Assembly: GCA_951406725.2 (NCBI GenBank)
Contig: OX597817.1
Location: 139,066,001 to 139,130,000 of the forward strand
Direction of reading: 5' to 3'
From: Octopus vulgaris
Lineage: Eukaryota
DNA length: 64,000 nt
The first letter of the stretch is position 1; each line of letters opens with the position of its first letter. This document shows positions 1-13,989 of this stretch, piece after piece. A model generated the notes under the pieces. The model ran no database searches and was not told the DNA's origin. It worked only from the letters and a program-made list of their open reading frames with translations. The translations under genes were made by a program, and so were the position numbers.

Positions 1-20
1 CAACGAATATAATATATATA

Positions 21-2310
21 TCATTATCATCATCATCATCATCATCATTTAACATCTGTTGTCCATGCTGGCATGGGTTGGATGGTTTGACCAGGACTGG
101 CAAGCTGAGGAGCAATGCCAGACTCCAGTCTGATTTTGCTTGATTTTCTACGGCTGGATGTTCTTCCTAACACCAACCATTCTGAGAGTGTAATAGGTGC
201 TTTTACATGCCACCGGCATAAGTGCCATTTGTGTGACACCAGTATCTGCCACCATAACTGTAACTTTAATCAGCTTCATGGGTCTTCTCAAACACAACAT
301 AATGCCAAAGGTCTTGGTCATTGCCTTCGTGAGGCACAACACTTGAAAGGAACTCAGCCACTTTGCCTCTGTGAGCCCCGACATTCAAAAGGACCTCAAC
401 CACTTTGCCTCCATGAGGCCCAATGCTCAAAAGGTGCTCTTCACATACCACTGGCATGGGTGCCACTTACGTGTCACGAGCATCAGCCATGACTACAATT
501 TCACTTGATTTGACAGGTCCTCTCAAGCACATCATATCACCAAAGGTTTCAGTCACTAATCATTGCCTCTGTGAGGCTCAGAGTTCAAAGTTTATGCTTC
601 ATCACTTCATCCCTTGTCTTCCTGAGTCTACCTTTGCCACAGGTTCTCTCCACAGTTAAAGATCGACACTTCTTTAGACAACTGTCCTTGTCCATTCTTG
701 CCACATGACCATACCAGTGCAGTGGTCTCTCTTGCTCACCACATCTGATGCCTCTTATGCCTAACTTTTCTCTCAAGATGCTTACACTCTGTCATGCATG
801 CACACTGACATTGCACTTCCAGCCAAGCATACTGGATTCATTTCTTTCTAGCCTATGCATGTCCTCAGCTGTTTGCACATAGACATTATACAATCTACCT
901 TCACTTTGAGAGAGAAGCCCTTTGTTGCCAGCAGAGGTAAGAGCTCTCTGAACTTTGTCCAGCCTATTCTTATTCTCACAGCTACTTTCTCAGAACATCC
1001 ACCTCCACTACTAATTTGGTCTCCTAGATATTGGAAGCTATCTACTACCTCTTGTCTCCCTGGCAGTTGATGGAGTCTATTTTCTGCACATTTTCACCAT
1101 TTATTGTTCCTGTGCATCTTCCTCATACAAAAGCTAGTTTCCCTGTAAACCTTCCTCTGATATTGCTGCATCTTTTATGTGTCCAAAGCTTACATCAGGT
1201 GCATCTTATGGAGTTTCCAACTACACCTTTCCTACAGATTGAGCAGGTGCATCTACCTGAAGGGATTTGTGATTTATCTGCTTTCTTACTGATTAAGACT
1301 TTGATTTTTGCTATGTTAACTCTAAGGCCCTTCAATTCTAGACCTTGCTTCCATACCTGGAATTTCTTCTCTAGTTCTGGTAGTGATTCAGCTATTAGAG
1401 CAAGGTCATCAGCATAGAGGAGCTCCTAGGGGCAGCCTGTCTTAAATTCCTCTGTTATTGTCTGGAGGACTATAATGAACAAGAAGGGGCTGAGGACTGA
1501 TCCTTGGTGAACCTCTGCTTGTACCCTGAATTCTTCACTGTACCTGTTGCCAACCCTCACCTTACTGGTAGCCCCCTGTACATGGCTTGTACAGCTCTCA
1601 CCAACCACTCTTCTATCCCTAGTTTCCACATTGACCACCAGATAAAGGATCAGGGGACCCTGTCAAAGGCTTTCTCTAACTCAGCCAAAGCCAAGTTCAG
1701 CGGTTTATCTTTGGCTGGGTATTTCTCCTTCAGCTGCCTTACCAGAAATATAGCATCAACAGTGCTTCCCCTTAACACAAACCCAAACTGTATCTCATCT
1801 AGACTAACTTTCTCCCTAATTAGTTGTACTGTGACCCTATCTGTAACTTTCATCACTTGATCCAATAATTTGATACCTCTGTAATTATTTCTATCTAAGG
1901 CATCACCTTTACCTTTGTAGCAGTTGACTATGGTGCTACTACACCAGTCATTGAGTATGACTCCTTCATGGGCCACCTGATTTACAATATAGGTGAATAG
2001 ACCATAACACATACTGCTAGATATTTTAAGCAGCTCGACAGTGATTCCTGATGGGCTGGGGGTTTCCCCTATCTTCATATCCTTAATTACTTAATCTATC
2101 GAGGAACTGTCACTTCAAGTAGCTGGTCACTCAATTGGGTCAACTTTTGGGTCTCCTCCTCCCATTCATTCACCACATTCAGCAGTCTTTCATAATGGCG
2201 TCTCCAAGCCTCTTTCTTAGCAGAATCATTAAATGCAAGTACACAGTCATCCATGTGGACACATTTCTCACCTATGACATCACGATTTTCTCTCACACAC
2301 ATCTATACAT
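21..2310 (-). mobile_element. 5'-truncated, decayed RTE-clade LINE (RT + 3' UTR + (GAT)n tail)
   Basis: Minus-strand RT fragments (YKGKGDALDRNNYRGIKLL, QFGF, LEKAFDRVP, VHQGSVLSPFLF, LYADD, LHWYGHVARM) broken by stops/frameshifts; RTE 3' UTR ending in the (CAT)n run at 21-47. Confidence 0.92.
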
Positions 2311-2395
2311 ATATACAGATATAGATATAGACAGACAGAGAGATTGATTCTCCAGTGTTTGACGACAGCATGAAAAGCAAGATAAAAGGAATTAA

Positions 2396-2986
2396 CCCTT
2401 TTGATACGAAACCATCTGAGACTGTTCTTTGTTCTATGATACAAATTTCATCCTATAAAGTGATCTAAATTTAAAATCAGAAATATTAAATTTCTAAATA
2501 TCTCGGAGAGATATGAGCAGTGGTGGAGCGATAGAGCGGTTGTATACTGTCAACTTAACGTGACATTCCCGTAAAGGGAATCACACCACCGCTATTTATC
2601 GACACTTCCTGTCGGCCTTGACACATTTCCTGTGTCCTTATGTTTACAAAAGGGAGACAAGCACCCCCAACAGCTAGGCCTGTTGTTGGGGGTGCTTGTC
2701 TCCCCTTCGTAAATATAAGGACACAAGAAATGTGTCAAGCCGACAGGAAGCGTCGATGCTTCCTAGGGCTAAATAGTGGTGGTGTGATTCCCTTTACGGG
2801 ACTGTCACATTATGTTGATAGTATACAATTGCTCTAAATTTAAAATATTCCCTCAAAATTGCATTTTAATTTATATCCCAAATACCAGCTTAATAAGGAC
2901 AGTTATTTTGGTAAACTCTTCATAATTTTCAAAATTAATTTAAACGAAAGCAGTGTAATTCTACAGAAATCTGATAATGAAATGGC
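2396..2986. mobile_element. TTAA-type (piggyBac-like) MITE interrupted by a palindromic insertion
   Basis: TTAA|CCCTTTTGATAC left end; homologous to the uninterrupted copy at 19853-20058; right end degenerate. Confidence 0.6.
2478..2836. mobile_element. Palindromic insertion (arms 2532-2836) with 54-bp extension and 14-bp TSD
   Basis: About 150-bp inverted arms; TCTAAATTTAAAAT at 2464-2477 and 2833-2846; arm sequence related to the 27.1 kb and 35.6 kb elements. Confidence 0.8.
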
Positions 2987-3293
2987 TAAAACAGATTCCA
3001 TCTCATTTGCTTAAGACAATTGAAAGAATTTTCTTGTTTGTATATTTATAACCTCGAGAGGAATAAATAATAAATGGCACAATTGACCTCAGTAAGATTT
3101 GAGTGCAAGACCTTGTAGGATAAACCCAACTACTGTAAAGCAGTCCACCCTCTCAGCCGAACCCACCGACTGACGTCATCCTGCCATGGTAGTCACCTTC
3201 CTGCTATTTCATTGTGCTTTCTTGTTGTACAGCTTTTATTTCTTTCTCAGCACATGAACTGATTGGCATTAAAATTAGATTTAAAGTGACCTC

Positions 3294-3480
3294 TTAAACT
3301 ATGTTTACAATAGCCATTAAAAGTGTTTACAATAGCCATTAAAATTATGTTTACAATGGCCATTAAAATTGTATACAATGGCCATTAAAACTATGTTTAC
3401 AATGGCCATGGAAACTTTACAATAGCCATTAAAATTATGTTTACAATGACCCTTGAATTTTTTTTACATTAGCCATTAAA
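3294..3480. repeat. Minisatellite, 22-24 bp unit (GCCATTAAAAYTATGTTTACAATR), about 8 copies
   Basis: Tandem units read directly. Confidence 0.85.
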
Positions 3481-4509
3481 ATTTTTCATTGATTATGAAA
3501 GCAAAGTTTTTACTGATGATTAAAACTATATTTATGATGATTATTTTAGGCTTTAAACTAATTTATGAGGTTAACTGTTGGTTAGTTTATTATTGCTTTA
3601 TTATTGGGGAAAGACTTCAGAAACAATACACTTTTGCAAATGAAGAATTGGACTGAATGTTTCGTACATACCATTTCCAAAGTGGAATAGATTGGTTTGG
3701 AACAAGAAAGGGAAAAGAATCTAATATTTCATCGTCAGCATCATCATCATCTTCATTATCCTTACTGTCTCAAATTCTATGATTCTTCAGGCCAGTTACC
3801 CAGTTTCTATGGCTTATAAGTTGCCAAAATCCTGACATTCCCCCTGGATGGGATGCCAGTCCATTGCAGGGGAGCTCATTTACAGCTGAGTGGACTGGAG
3901 CAATGTGAAATGGAAGTGTTTTGTTCAAGAACACAAGGCACCATCTTGACCATGAATCGAAACACTGATCTAACAATTAGATAGGGGTGTCGGTGCCACA
4001 CCCGAACCACTCAGCCTCACATTTCAGGTGAGGCCATTCATCAGAGAGTAGTAAGAAGGACTGGCTGAAATATTATACGTCATCTTCCTCACAACAATAG
4101 ATTTATTCCATATTTAAACTGTTTTGGTGGAAAACTGAAGGGCTGCTGCCATGGCCAGTATGGGACCCCTCCATCATAGCTAATAGGTTGAAAGGAGGAG
4201 AGTATCCGTTCATACCTTACACCTGGCGACCCATCAAGTGGACTCTACTAAACGTAACTGTCACTGGTTTCATTAGAGTCCACTGGATGTTGTTTATTGC
4301 AATAAACTGTGGTGATAGTAGTGGTGAGGAGACTCGAGTGAATTAACAAGTTTTTAACCTTTCAGCCTTTAAACCAGTCACATCCAGCCCCAATATTCTC
4401 CTTGTTTCATGTTCAAACTGATCCGATCCAGCCCCTCATGCTTATCCTACAATGCCATTCTAAAAATAGGCAATCACATCATCAAAATCTTTTAGCATGA
4501 AAATTTCAA

Positions 4510-4906
4510 AGTGGCTGTGTGGTAAGCTGCTTGCTTACCAACCACATGGTTCCGGGTTCAGTCGCACTGTGTGGCACCTTGGACAAGTGCCTTCTACTAT
4601 GGCCTTAGGCCGACCAAAGCCTTGTGAGTGGATTTGGTAGACAGAAACTGAAAGAAGCCCATCGTATGTATGTATGTATATATATATATGTATATGTTTG
4701 TGTGTCTGTGTTTGTCCCCCCAACATCGCTTGACAATCGATGCTGATGTGTTTACGTCCCCGTAACTTAGCGGTTCGGTAAAAGGAGCCCGATAGAATAA
4801 GTACTAGGCTTACAATGAATAAGTCCTGGTGTCGATTTGCTCGACTAGAGGTGGTGCTCCAGCATGGACATAGTCAAATGACTGAAACAAGTAAAAGAGT
4901 AAAGAG
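4510..4906 (+). mobile_element. tRNA-derived SINE family A with internal (TA)/(TG) microsatellite and (AAGAGTA) tail
   Basis: A box TGGCTGTGTGG, B box GGTTCAGTC. Further copies at about 9928-10205(+), 13743-14182(-), 15320-15660(-), 32763-33045(-), 48012-48391(-), 48460-48831(-), 54165-54510(-), 57357-57767(+). Confidence 0.88.
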
Positions 4907-5089
4907 TAATATGAAGCAAACAAGCCTTACATTTGGCTAATTCTTAAAACTAAAGGGTCAAGGTGGACAATGCCCTGTCATGTCTTTCTTCTAATATTTC
5001 TCCACCTCATACAAAAACCAATCTGTTAAGTTTTTCACAAAATTCATTTAAATGTTTTTATTTTTTTCCTCTTCCCATCTTTTTACCAG

Positions 5090-5182
5090 AAATCTCAAAT
5101 CTCGCCACCAGCTTTATTCATCTATGGACACACGGGAACTGGTAAGACTTTAACGGTCAGGAGCATCCTGGACGAACTACAG
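5090..5182 (+). CDS. ORC5: ORC5 exon (Walker A)
   Basis: ccag|AAATCT...CTACAG|gttag; [31 protein letters not shown]; 93 nt, phase 0/0. Confidence 0.95.
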
Positions 5183-8100
5183 GTTAGTGTCTTCATTTTA
5201 CCATTTTACCATTACAACCTTTTTCTGCTGGCTATACTTGGACTAATGCTGTTATTGTTTATCTTTCATCCTTTCAGAGTCATTAAAATAAGGACCAGTT
5301 GAGAGCAGGGGAAGTCAAACTAATTGGATTTACCTGCTCCCCTGAAACTGCTGGCCTTGTGCCAAAATTTCAAGCCTTTCATCATCATCATCAAACATCT
5401 GTCTTCCATGCTGACATGGGTTGGGTGGTTTGATAGGAGCCGGCCAGGCAGAAGCCTGCACCAGACTCCTGTGACTGTTTTGGCAGCATTTTTAAAGCTG
5501 GATGCCCTTCCTAACACCAACCACCCAGCAGAGTGGGCTGAGTGCTTTTTAAGTGGCACAAGCACAGATGAGGTTAGTTTTGGCTAAGTTTTAACAGCTG
5601 GATGCCCTTCCAAACGCCAACCACCTTACAGTGAAGACTGGGTGCTTTTAAGTGGCACCTGCACTGGCAGGGTCACCAAGTACTTGCAAGATACATAAAA
5701 AAAAAACATTTGGAGAAGGGAAGGGGCATTGGAGGAGGTGATCTTGTGTCAAATGATGAAAGGTTAGAGTGAGACAGAGAGACAGAAACAGGTATCTTGC
5801 TGTAGAAGAGGTACAAGGTTACCTGGCCGGAAAGAGAGAGTGATCAGGAGTGAAGATAGAAACAGGTGTTCTGCTGATAAAGGAAATACATGGTTACCCA
5901 AGTAGAGGGACGAGCAGGAGGAGAGAGAGTGGGAGAAAGCAAGATAGAGGTGGTGGCGAAGTGTTGGCCATATGCAATGATACAGTGAGACAGGTCCAAG
6001 AGGACAGGATTGGGGAGTGGGAAGTAATCATAGTACCTGAAGCAGAAATGTGAGGAAGAAAAGAGATGTAGTTTGGTTTGTTGTGGTAGAGTGTGAGAAA
6101 TTTTCTTGTTAAGTGTGGGTGGGACGGACACACAGCACTTCCACTGATGTGGGCAGGTCTTCTCAAGAACTTCATATCACCAGACATCTCGGTCCATTGT
6201 CATTTCCCCGTGAGGCCCAACATCCTGAGATCAGTCCTTAACACTTCACCCCATGTCTTATTGGGTGTTCCTCTTCCGCAGGTACTATCTACTTTCAGTG
6301 ACCAGCACTTCTTTATGCAGCTACCTTCTTTCATATGCATCACATCTCCAAACCAATGTAGTCTTCTCTCTTGCATGCTATATTTGATTATCATTTTTAT
6401 TATTATTAAGAAACACACAAAAACCATTAGATTCACTTCAACATTTAAATTTAATTTGTCAAAATATTTTCGTTGCTTTCAAACCACAACCTGTTCACTG
6501 ACAAAACTTTCTCAGATGCAGCACGAAGTTTTGTCAGTAAACAGGTCGCGGTCTCAAAGCGACGAAAATATTTTGACAAATTAAACTTAAATGTTGAAGT
6601 GAATCTAACAGTCTTTGTGTGTTTCTTAAATGGCTTATAAACACCTTCCACACTGCAATTGTTTTCATTTCAGCACACGATCTCAGATCAAGTCACTCGC
6701 TATGGAAGTACATCTCTGTAATTATTATTATTATTATTCACCTAACTTTTGATTTATCTATGTCACATCTCAGCTCCCTTCTGCAGTTTAGAGATGTGAC
6801 ACTTTTCTCAACACATGAGCTGTTCCAAGTATTGCTGCCAGGTGTGTACTTTCTGTGAAGTTTGGTATTTGCAGCTTTTCATGCCAGAATATTGCTCTTT
6901 TTGAAATGGTCCCAAGTGCACCGATCCCAATAGGTACCACTTTCACTTTTGAGGCTCAGTTATTAATTCTTTTCACTTCCAATCCTAATCTTGCTACTTC
7001 CCAACTTATCATCATTGTCATCGTTTAACATCTGCTTTCCAAACTCTACTTGTGAAGACCTGTTGAGGCAAGTGAAAATCAAAATCAAAATCGATCAACA
7101 TCGATGGAAATTGTAGCTGTGATACCAGTGCCGGTGGCACATAAGAGAACCATCCGAACGTGGCCGTTGCCAGCGCCACCCCGACTGGCCTCCGTGCCAG
7201 TGGCACGTAAAAAGCACCATCCGATCGTGGCTGTTGCCAGCCTCGCCTGGTCTCCGTGCCAGTGGCACGTAAAAAACACCATCCAATCGTGGCCATTTGC
7301 CAGCCTCGTCTGGCACCTGTGCCGGTGGCACGTAAAAAGCACCCACTACACTCATGGAGTGTTTGGCGTTAGGAAAGGCATCCAGCCGTAGAAACATTGC
7401 CAGACCCCAGTTGAACCGTCCAACCCATGCTAGCATGGAAAGCGGATGCTAAACGATGATGATGATGATGATATATATATATATGTATATATCTGAGCAT
7501 TTGTGTCTGTATTTGTGCCCCTGCCACTGCTTGGTAACCAGTGCTAGTGTGTTTACATCCCCGTAACTTAGCAGTTCAGGAAAAGAGATCGATAGAATAA
7601 GTATCAGGCTTATAAAATGTAAGTATTGGGATCGATACATTCGATAAAAAATTCTTCAAGGTGGTGCCCCCCCCCCCCCCAGCATGGCCACTGTCAAATG
7701 ACTGAAACAAGTAAAAGATGAAAGATTATCTTTTTCTTTTTTTTTTCCCCATTGTTTTGCAGTGCAAAGTTGTGTGGATCAATTGTATAGAATGCTACAG
7801 TGCCAAAGTTCTTTATGAGCAGATTCTGTTGAAAATAAATGTCAAAGAGGAAGAAGACCATCCGTCATTTGACGACTATTCCAAATGTGATAACTTGAAC
7901 GACTTCTGCCGTTTATTGCCTGCAGCTGTCCAAGAACTTGGATATTCTGAGGAAACCATTTATATTGTAAGAATAGTTTTCACAAGTTCTATTTATATAA
8001 TAATAAATCTTATCTTCATTACTCTAACCCCTTCTTATCTTCATTACTCTAACAAATTATTTCATTTTCCATTTTCTTTTTTGTTTCTTCTTGCTGGAAA

Positions 8101-10104
8101 CAGAAGACCCTCACCTACTGCAATCCAAATTGTCAGCATCTGTCATCATCGGAGGAAATGGTATTGCTCTCTGTTGATGCCATCATTAAAGTTTTCCATA
8201 TAGGCAAAAGCTATTCCGCTCTCTGGCGATTCATCTTCACTATTCTTTGTTAATTAGACGGTGATCAAAAAGTAATAAAAACAAATAAAAAATCAACAAC
8301 AGCTCTGGTCACTAAGCTGAATATTCATGCACTCTAAGTGTTAAGTGGAAACTGACCAAAAGCTCCATCCATGCCTATCACTGTTGACATCCAACCATAG
8401 AAGGTTTATGAGGCAACTCGCATGTGTGTCAGAACGATCTGGCCAAATTGGAAAAACATGATTCGTGTCGACAGACTATTTTGTAAAATATTTTCTTGAG
8501 ACATACTTTTCCCAGAAAAGCCCAGAAGAGGGTTAAGAAATCACAGAAATTAATAATAATTAGTTACAGAAACCTAGTATTGTAGTCACCTCGTAATATT
8601 GGTGTACGAGGGTACCAAGGTACACACGAGGGTGTTGTTAGCAAAGTGAGGATTGGAAACTAATTCAGGGAATACATTTAAATATTCCCCAAGTGTCTGT
8701 TCTCAGACCCTTTCTGTTCCCTACAGTTTTTGAGGCAATTACGCAAGAGTTCAGTACCAGATGTCTTATAACTGAAGACTTGCTCCTTATAGGCTCAGAA
8801 ACCTGGACGTTATCAAAGAAGCTTGAGAGGCGGTTGGATGGAACCTACACTTGCCTCCTTATGAGAGCTCAAAATCTCTCGTGGAAGCATCATCCAACCA
8901 AAGTACAAATATATGGGAAATTACCACCTGTATCATCTCTTGTGAAAAGTAGAAGAGTCCTATTTGCTGGACATTGTTGTAGAGCTGAAAACGAGGTAAT
9001 TTCTACTCTTCTCCTCTGGAAGCCATCTGCTCGTGATACCAGAGGGCACACACTCTCCTACCCTGATGTAATCTCCAGGGATTCAGGCATCCAGCAACAG
9101 GACCTCCGTAATGCTATGATGGACCGTGAAGTCTGGCGTAACATAGTAAATTCCACTGTCTCGACCACGGTCGAACAATGATGATGATGATGATGATGTT
9201 CCTTATAGTTAGGCTTTCCTACTTCATAGTTGTTAGTAAAAATGGTTTTGGTAAGTAAATAATCAAAGTGCCATCTTCACATCTATGTCTGTGTCTTTTG
9301 TTTCTTAAGAAATGTTCTGTTGTTGATCTCAAAACACTTTATTATTAATACATTTTTAATTAGCGTTTTATTTCTTACAGGTTCTTGACAAAGCTGAAAA
9401 GTTACGTCAGATGGAACCACACATTTTATCGGGCTTGCTAAAACTACAAGAACTGGTATGTAATTTTGATATATTTAGAAAATAGGCATTTTGTATGTGT
9501 GTATGTGTATATGCCCATATACACACACACAATGTATGCTTAGAATTACTTATGAAAAAATATTTAAATCAACACAATAACTATTATAAGTATATATAAC
9601 TACTTGGACTATTAAATCTACAGCACAGTTTTACAGGTAGTTGTATGAAGCAATAGTTACCTGTGTGTGTGTGTGTGTGTGCACCCAAACACACAGATAT
9701 TGACACACCCATGTTCATTCTCAAAATAGTTACAGAATGACACTATACCATTCTCAGTGCAGCATAAACGTTTTGTGTTTCTCCACCCTGTCACTATAAT
9801 TCTCTGATTTTGATTTGACAAAATGGAAAATGCTCAATTATTTGAAAGAAACACATCTAAATTGTTTTATATATTGCATATAACCTGTTGTTGTATAATA
9901 AATAAATAAACATATATGTATATATTTGGCGCAGGAGTGGCTATGTGGTAAGTAGCTTGCTTACCAACCACATGGTTCCAGGTTCAGTCCCACTGCGTGG
10001 CACCTTGGGCAAGTGTCTTCTACTATAGCCTCGGGTCAACCAAAGCCTTGTGAGTGGATTTGGTAGGCGGAAACTGAAAGAAGCCCATTGTATATATGTA
10101 TTTG

Positions 10105-10135
<31 letters not shown>

Positions 10136-13100
10136 CTGGGTTTGTCCCTCCAACATCGCTTGACAACTGATGGTGGTGTGTTTACGTCCCCATAACTTTG
10201 CGGTTATGGATGCCCTTCCTAATGCCAACCACTTTTCCAGTACGTACTGGGTGATTTGACTCCTATCACCAGCACCAGTGAGGTCACCAAGAAACTCGCA
10301 AGACAAAGGAAAGGAAGAGGGGGGGGCCCTTTGACTGAGTAGGAGTGCATTTGAGAGATGGCAAAGTGGTGGCTTTATGCCAGGTATTGAGGGCCTCAAG
10401 TATGATCGAGGGACAAGCATAGGTCTCTTGATACAAAGGAGATACATGGATACCCCACACTGTGTGAGGGTGGATGGGAGTAGCTGCAATGGAGATAGAG
10501 GTGGTGGTGTTGAGGTCCTAGATTTTACTCACAAGCTACAAGAAGATGAATATCCGGAAGACTAGAGACTATCAGCTGATGATCCCTGTGAGCCCTGTTC
10601 CTGTCTTGTTGTCCAAGTGTTATGTGTCTGTCCTGTTCCTTAAGCTTTATATTTTGTAATCTGGAGGTTTTGATATCTTTCAGACCAATCTGAATATTTC
10701 TGTTATTCTTCTCACTGATATTGTTTGGGAAAAGTTCCGTTGCAACACTGGAACCTACGAGCCGTATATTATCCACTTCCCTGATTATTCAAGAGGTAAG
10801 TTTCTACATTTACCAAATCTCCTATCATCTGCCACCCAATCTTATTGTTAAAGATAGTTAAACAGTTGAATTTATTTTGCCCTAAAATTATATTATAATA
10901 ATAATCATAATAATAATTCTTTCTATTTTAAGCACAAGGCCTGAAATTTAAGGGGAGGAGGATAGTTGATTACATCGACCCCAGTACTCAACTGGTACTA
11001 ATTTTATCAACCTCAAAAGGATGAATGGTAAAGTCAACCTTGGTGAAATTTTAACTCAAAATGTAGTGACGGGTGAAATACCGCTAAGCATTTTGTCTGG
11101 CGTGCTAACGATACTGCCAGCTGACTGCATTATTAATAATAATAGTCAAGGCACTTTTGATCAAAAGATATCTACATACAATCAGGCTGAGAAATGTGAT
11201 GATGATGATGAACTTATTGTATACAGTGCCCAGGTGTGCTACAGCTCATCAGAAAAGGAAACCAAAAGTGCATGGACATAGAATGATGCACAGAAAGATA
11301 GGAAATGGAATGGTAAATGAATCATAAAAAAAAGGAAAAGAATGTCTGGTGTAGTCTTGATGAATTTTGAGAAGCATGAAAGTTTTGAAGGATGCAGTAT
11401 CCTAACAGCTAACAGGCGATGCAAATAGTTTATTCCATGGTTCAGCAATTCTGAGTGTCAACAAATGTTTCCAAAAGTCTGCTGTGTTGCTTTTGATTTT
11501 GTAAGCATGTTCTTGACTTCGAACACCCGACAAATGAAGTGAGTCCATGGCTCGCAGGACGGCCTGCTGTGCTAACCTTGGATCGTAGAGTGACCCCGCT
11601 GTTCTTGAGGAGACCTATTGAGTCAAGTATGTTAACACCAACATGAAAATGAAAATCAAATGGAAATTGTAGTTAAGATGCCCATGCCGGTGACATGTTA
11701 AAAGCACCATCCAAACGTGGCAGTTGCCAGCGCCACCTGACTGGTGTCCATGCCGGTGGCACATAAAAAGCACCCACTACACTCACAGAGTGGTTGGAGT
11801 TAGGAAGAGCATCCAGCTGTAGAAACACTGCCAGATCAGACTGGAGCCTGGTGCAGTCTCCTGGCTTCCCAGACCAGCATGGAAAGCAGACGTTAAACGA
11901 TGATGATGATGTCTATGAGAGTTAGACATATGGAATTCAAAAAGATGTCCAGGGCTGTTGTTGAAAAGATGGTGAATAATCTCGTGGGTGTCTACCAAGT
12001 TAGTTGCCAGACATCAGAGCTGTAATGTGTCCATGCCCAGGGAAACAAGACACTCAGAGGGTGGCATACAGTTTCCCACACCTTAAACATCCTTCTTTAA
12101 ATCATAGATTTACAAAATATCATGTCTACAAAGGTTTTAATTAATTTCTACTCAAATTGTTATCAGTTATCTTAATTTTGGATGTCTAAATTGTCCTCGA
12201 CTGGATTTTAACTCAAGACCTGTATTTCTCAATTAAAATAATTAATCCAGAAAATTCAAAATCAAATTCGATGACTGGCGTCCATGCTAGCAAGGTGCAA
12301 AGAGCACCATATGAGTGTGATCATTGACAGAGCGGCTAACCGGCTTCCATGCCAGTGGCACTTAAAAGGCACCATTCGAGCGTGATTGTTACCAGCGTCG
12401 CATTACTGGCACTCAAGCCCCATGATAGTAGGGTATTAAGGGCACCATCCAAGTGTGATCGTTGCCAGAGCGGCTATCTGGCCTCCGTGCCAGTGACACG
12501 TAAAAGGGCACCATTCAAGCGTGATCGTTACCAGCATCGCCTTACTGGCACCTGTGCCGGTGGCATGTGTAAAAGATTCGAGCGAAGTCATTGCCAGTAT
12601 CGCCTGACTGGCCCCGTGCTGGTGGCACATAAAAGCACCCACTACACTCACGGAGTGGTTGACGTTAGGAAGAGAATCCAATTGTAGAAACTCTGCCAGA
12701 TCAAGATTGAAGCCTGGTGCAGCCATCTGGTTCACCAGCCCTCAGTCATTCGTCCAACCCATGCTAGCATGGAAAGCGGACGTTAAACGATGATGATGAT
12801 TGCTCACAACCCATCTCCAACATTTAGACATATTTTTTGAGGAAGTTAAAAATGCTTAATATGGTACTTTACTGTCTCAGGTTCAACTCTCAGTAGAACC
12901 CACTAGGTCTTATTTAGCTTGATGGGTCTTCTCAATCACCAATCATCGCAGGCGTTTGTCATCTCTTCTGTGAGGCTCAACATCTGAAGTTCATTTCTCA
13001 CCATTTCATCCTATGTCTTCCTGGGTCTTCCTCTTCCACAGGTTCAGCATCATCATCATCATCATCATCGTTTAACGTCCGTTTTCCGTGCTAGCACGGG

Positions 13101-13953
13101 TTGGACATTTTGACCAGGGTCTGGGAAGCCAGGAGGCTGCACCAGGTTCCAGTCTGATCTGGCAGTGTTTCTACAGCTGGATGCCCTTCCTAACGCCAAC
13201 CACTCCATGAGTGTAGTGGGTGCTTTTTACATGCCACCTCCACATTTAGAAATTGGCACATCTTCATGCAGCTGACTGCATCCATATGCATCACATGACC
13301 ATACCAGTACAGTCTTCTCTCTTGCACACTACATCTGATGCCTCTTATAACCAATTTTTATCTCAACACATTTACACTTTGCCATACATGCACACTGATG
13401 TTGCACATCCACTGGAACATGCATTCACAGCCCACATTTCACTACCATGTAGCATTGCCATTTCTCTGCTAGCATCATACAATCTGCTTCCACTCTGAGA
13501 CAGAGGCCTTCTGTTACCAACAGAGATAATATCTCTCTGAATTTTCTCCAGTCGGTTCTCCTCGTTCTTGTGACTAATGCTTTCAGAGCATTCTCTTCCA
13601 CTGCTAATTTGGTCACCTAGGTAACAGACACTATCTGCTGCCTCTGGCAATCCCCCTTGCCATTTAAGGAAATCTGTTTCTGGTGCAATGGTGACTCCTC
13701 TCTACGGATGTTCTCAGAAAGGTTGGACTTAATGTTACATCTCTTTACTCTTACTCTTTTACTTGTTTCAGTCATTTGACTGTGGCCATGCTGGAGCTCC
13801 GCCTTTAGTTGAGCAAATCGACCCCAGGACTTATTCTTTGGAAGCCTAGTACTTATTCTATCAGTCTCTTTTGCCAAACTGCTATGTTACGGGGATGTAA
13901 ACAAACCAGCATCGGTTGTCAAGCGATGTTGGGGGACAAATGCAGACACACAA

Positions 13954-13989
<36 letters not shown>

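Noticed and set aside
4015-4047. Minus-strand CTGATGA...GAAATGTG hammerhead-like motif
   Set aside because: Stem II is weak, the cleavage triplet is wrong (GUG) and no second copy or PLE context was found; too decayed to call.
7718-8203. 161-aa ORF as a stand-alone gene
   Set aside because: Only 7763-7966 is coding (an ORC5 exon); the rest is intron read-through.
11226-11252. CTGATGA on the minus strand as a hammerhead
   Set aside because: No GAAA or stem II follows; it is part of the CR1 3' UTR and the other copy reads TAGATGA.
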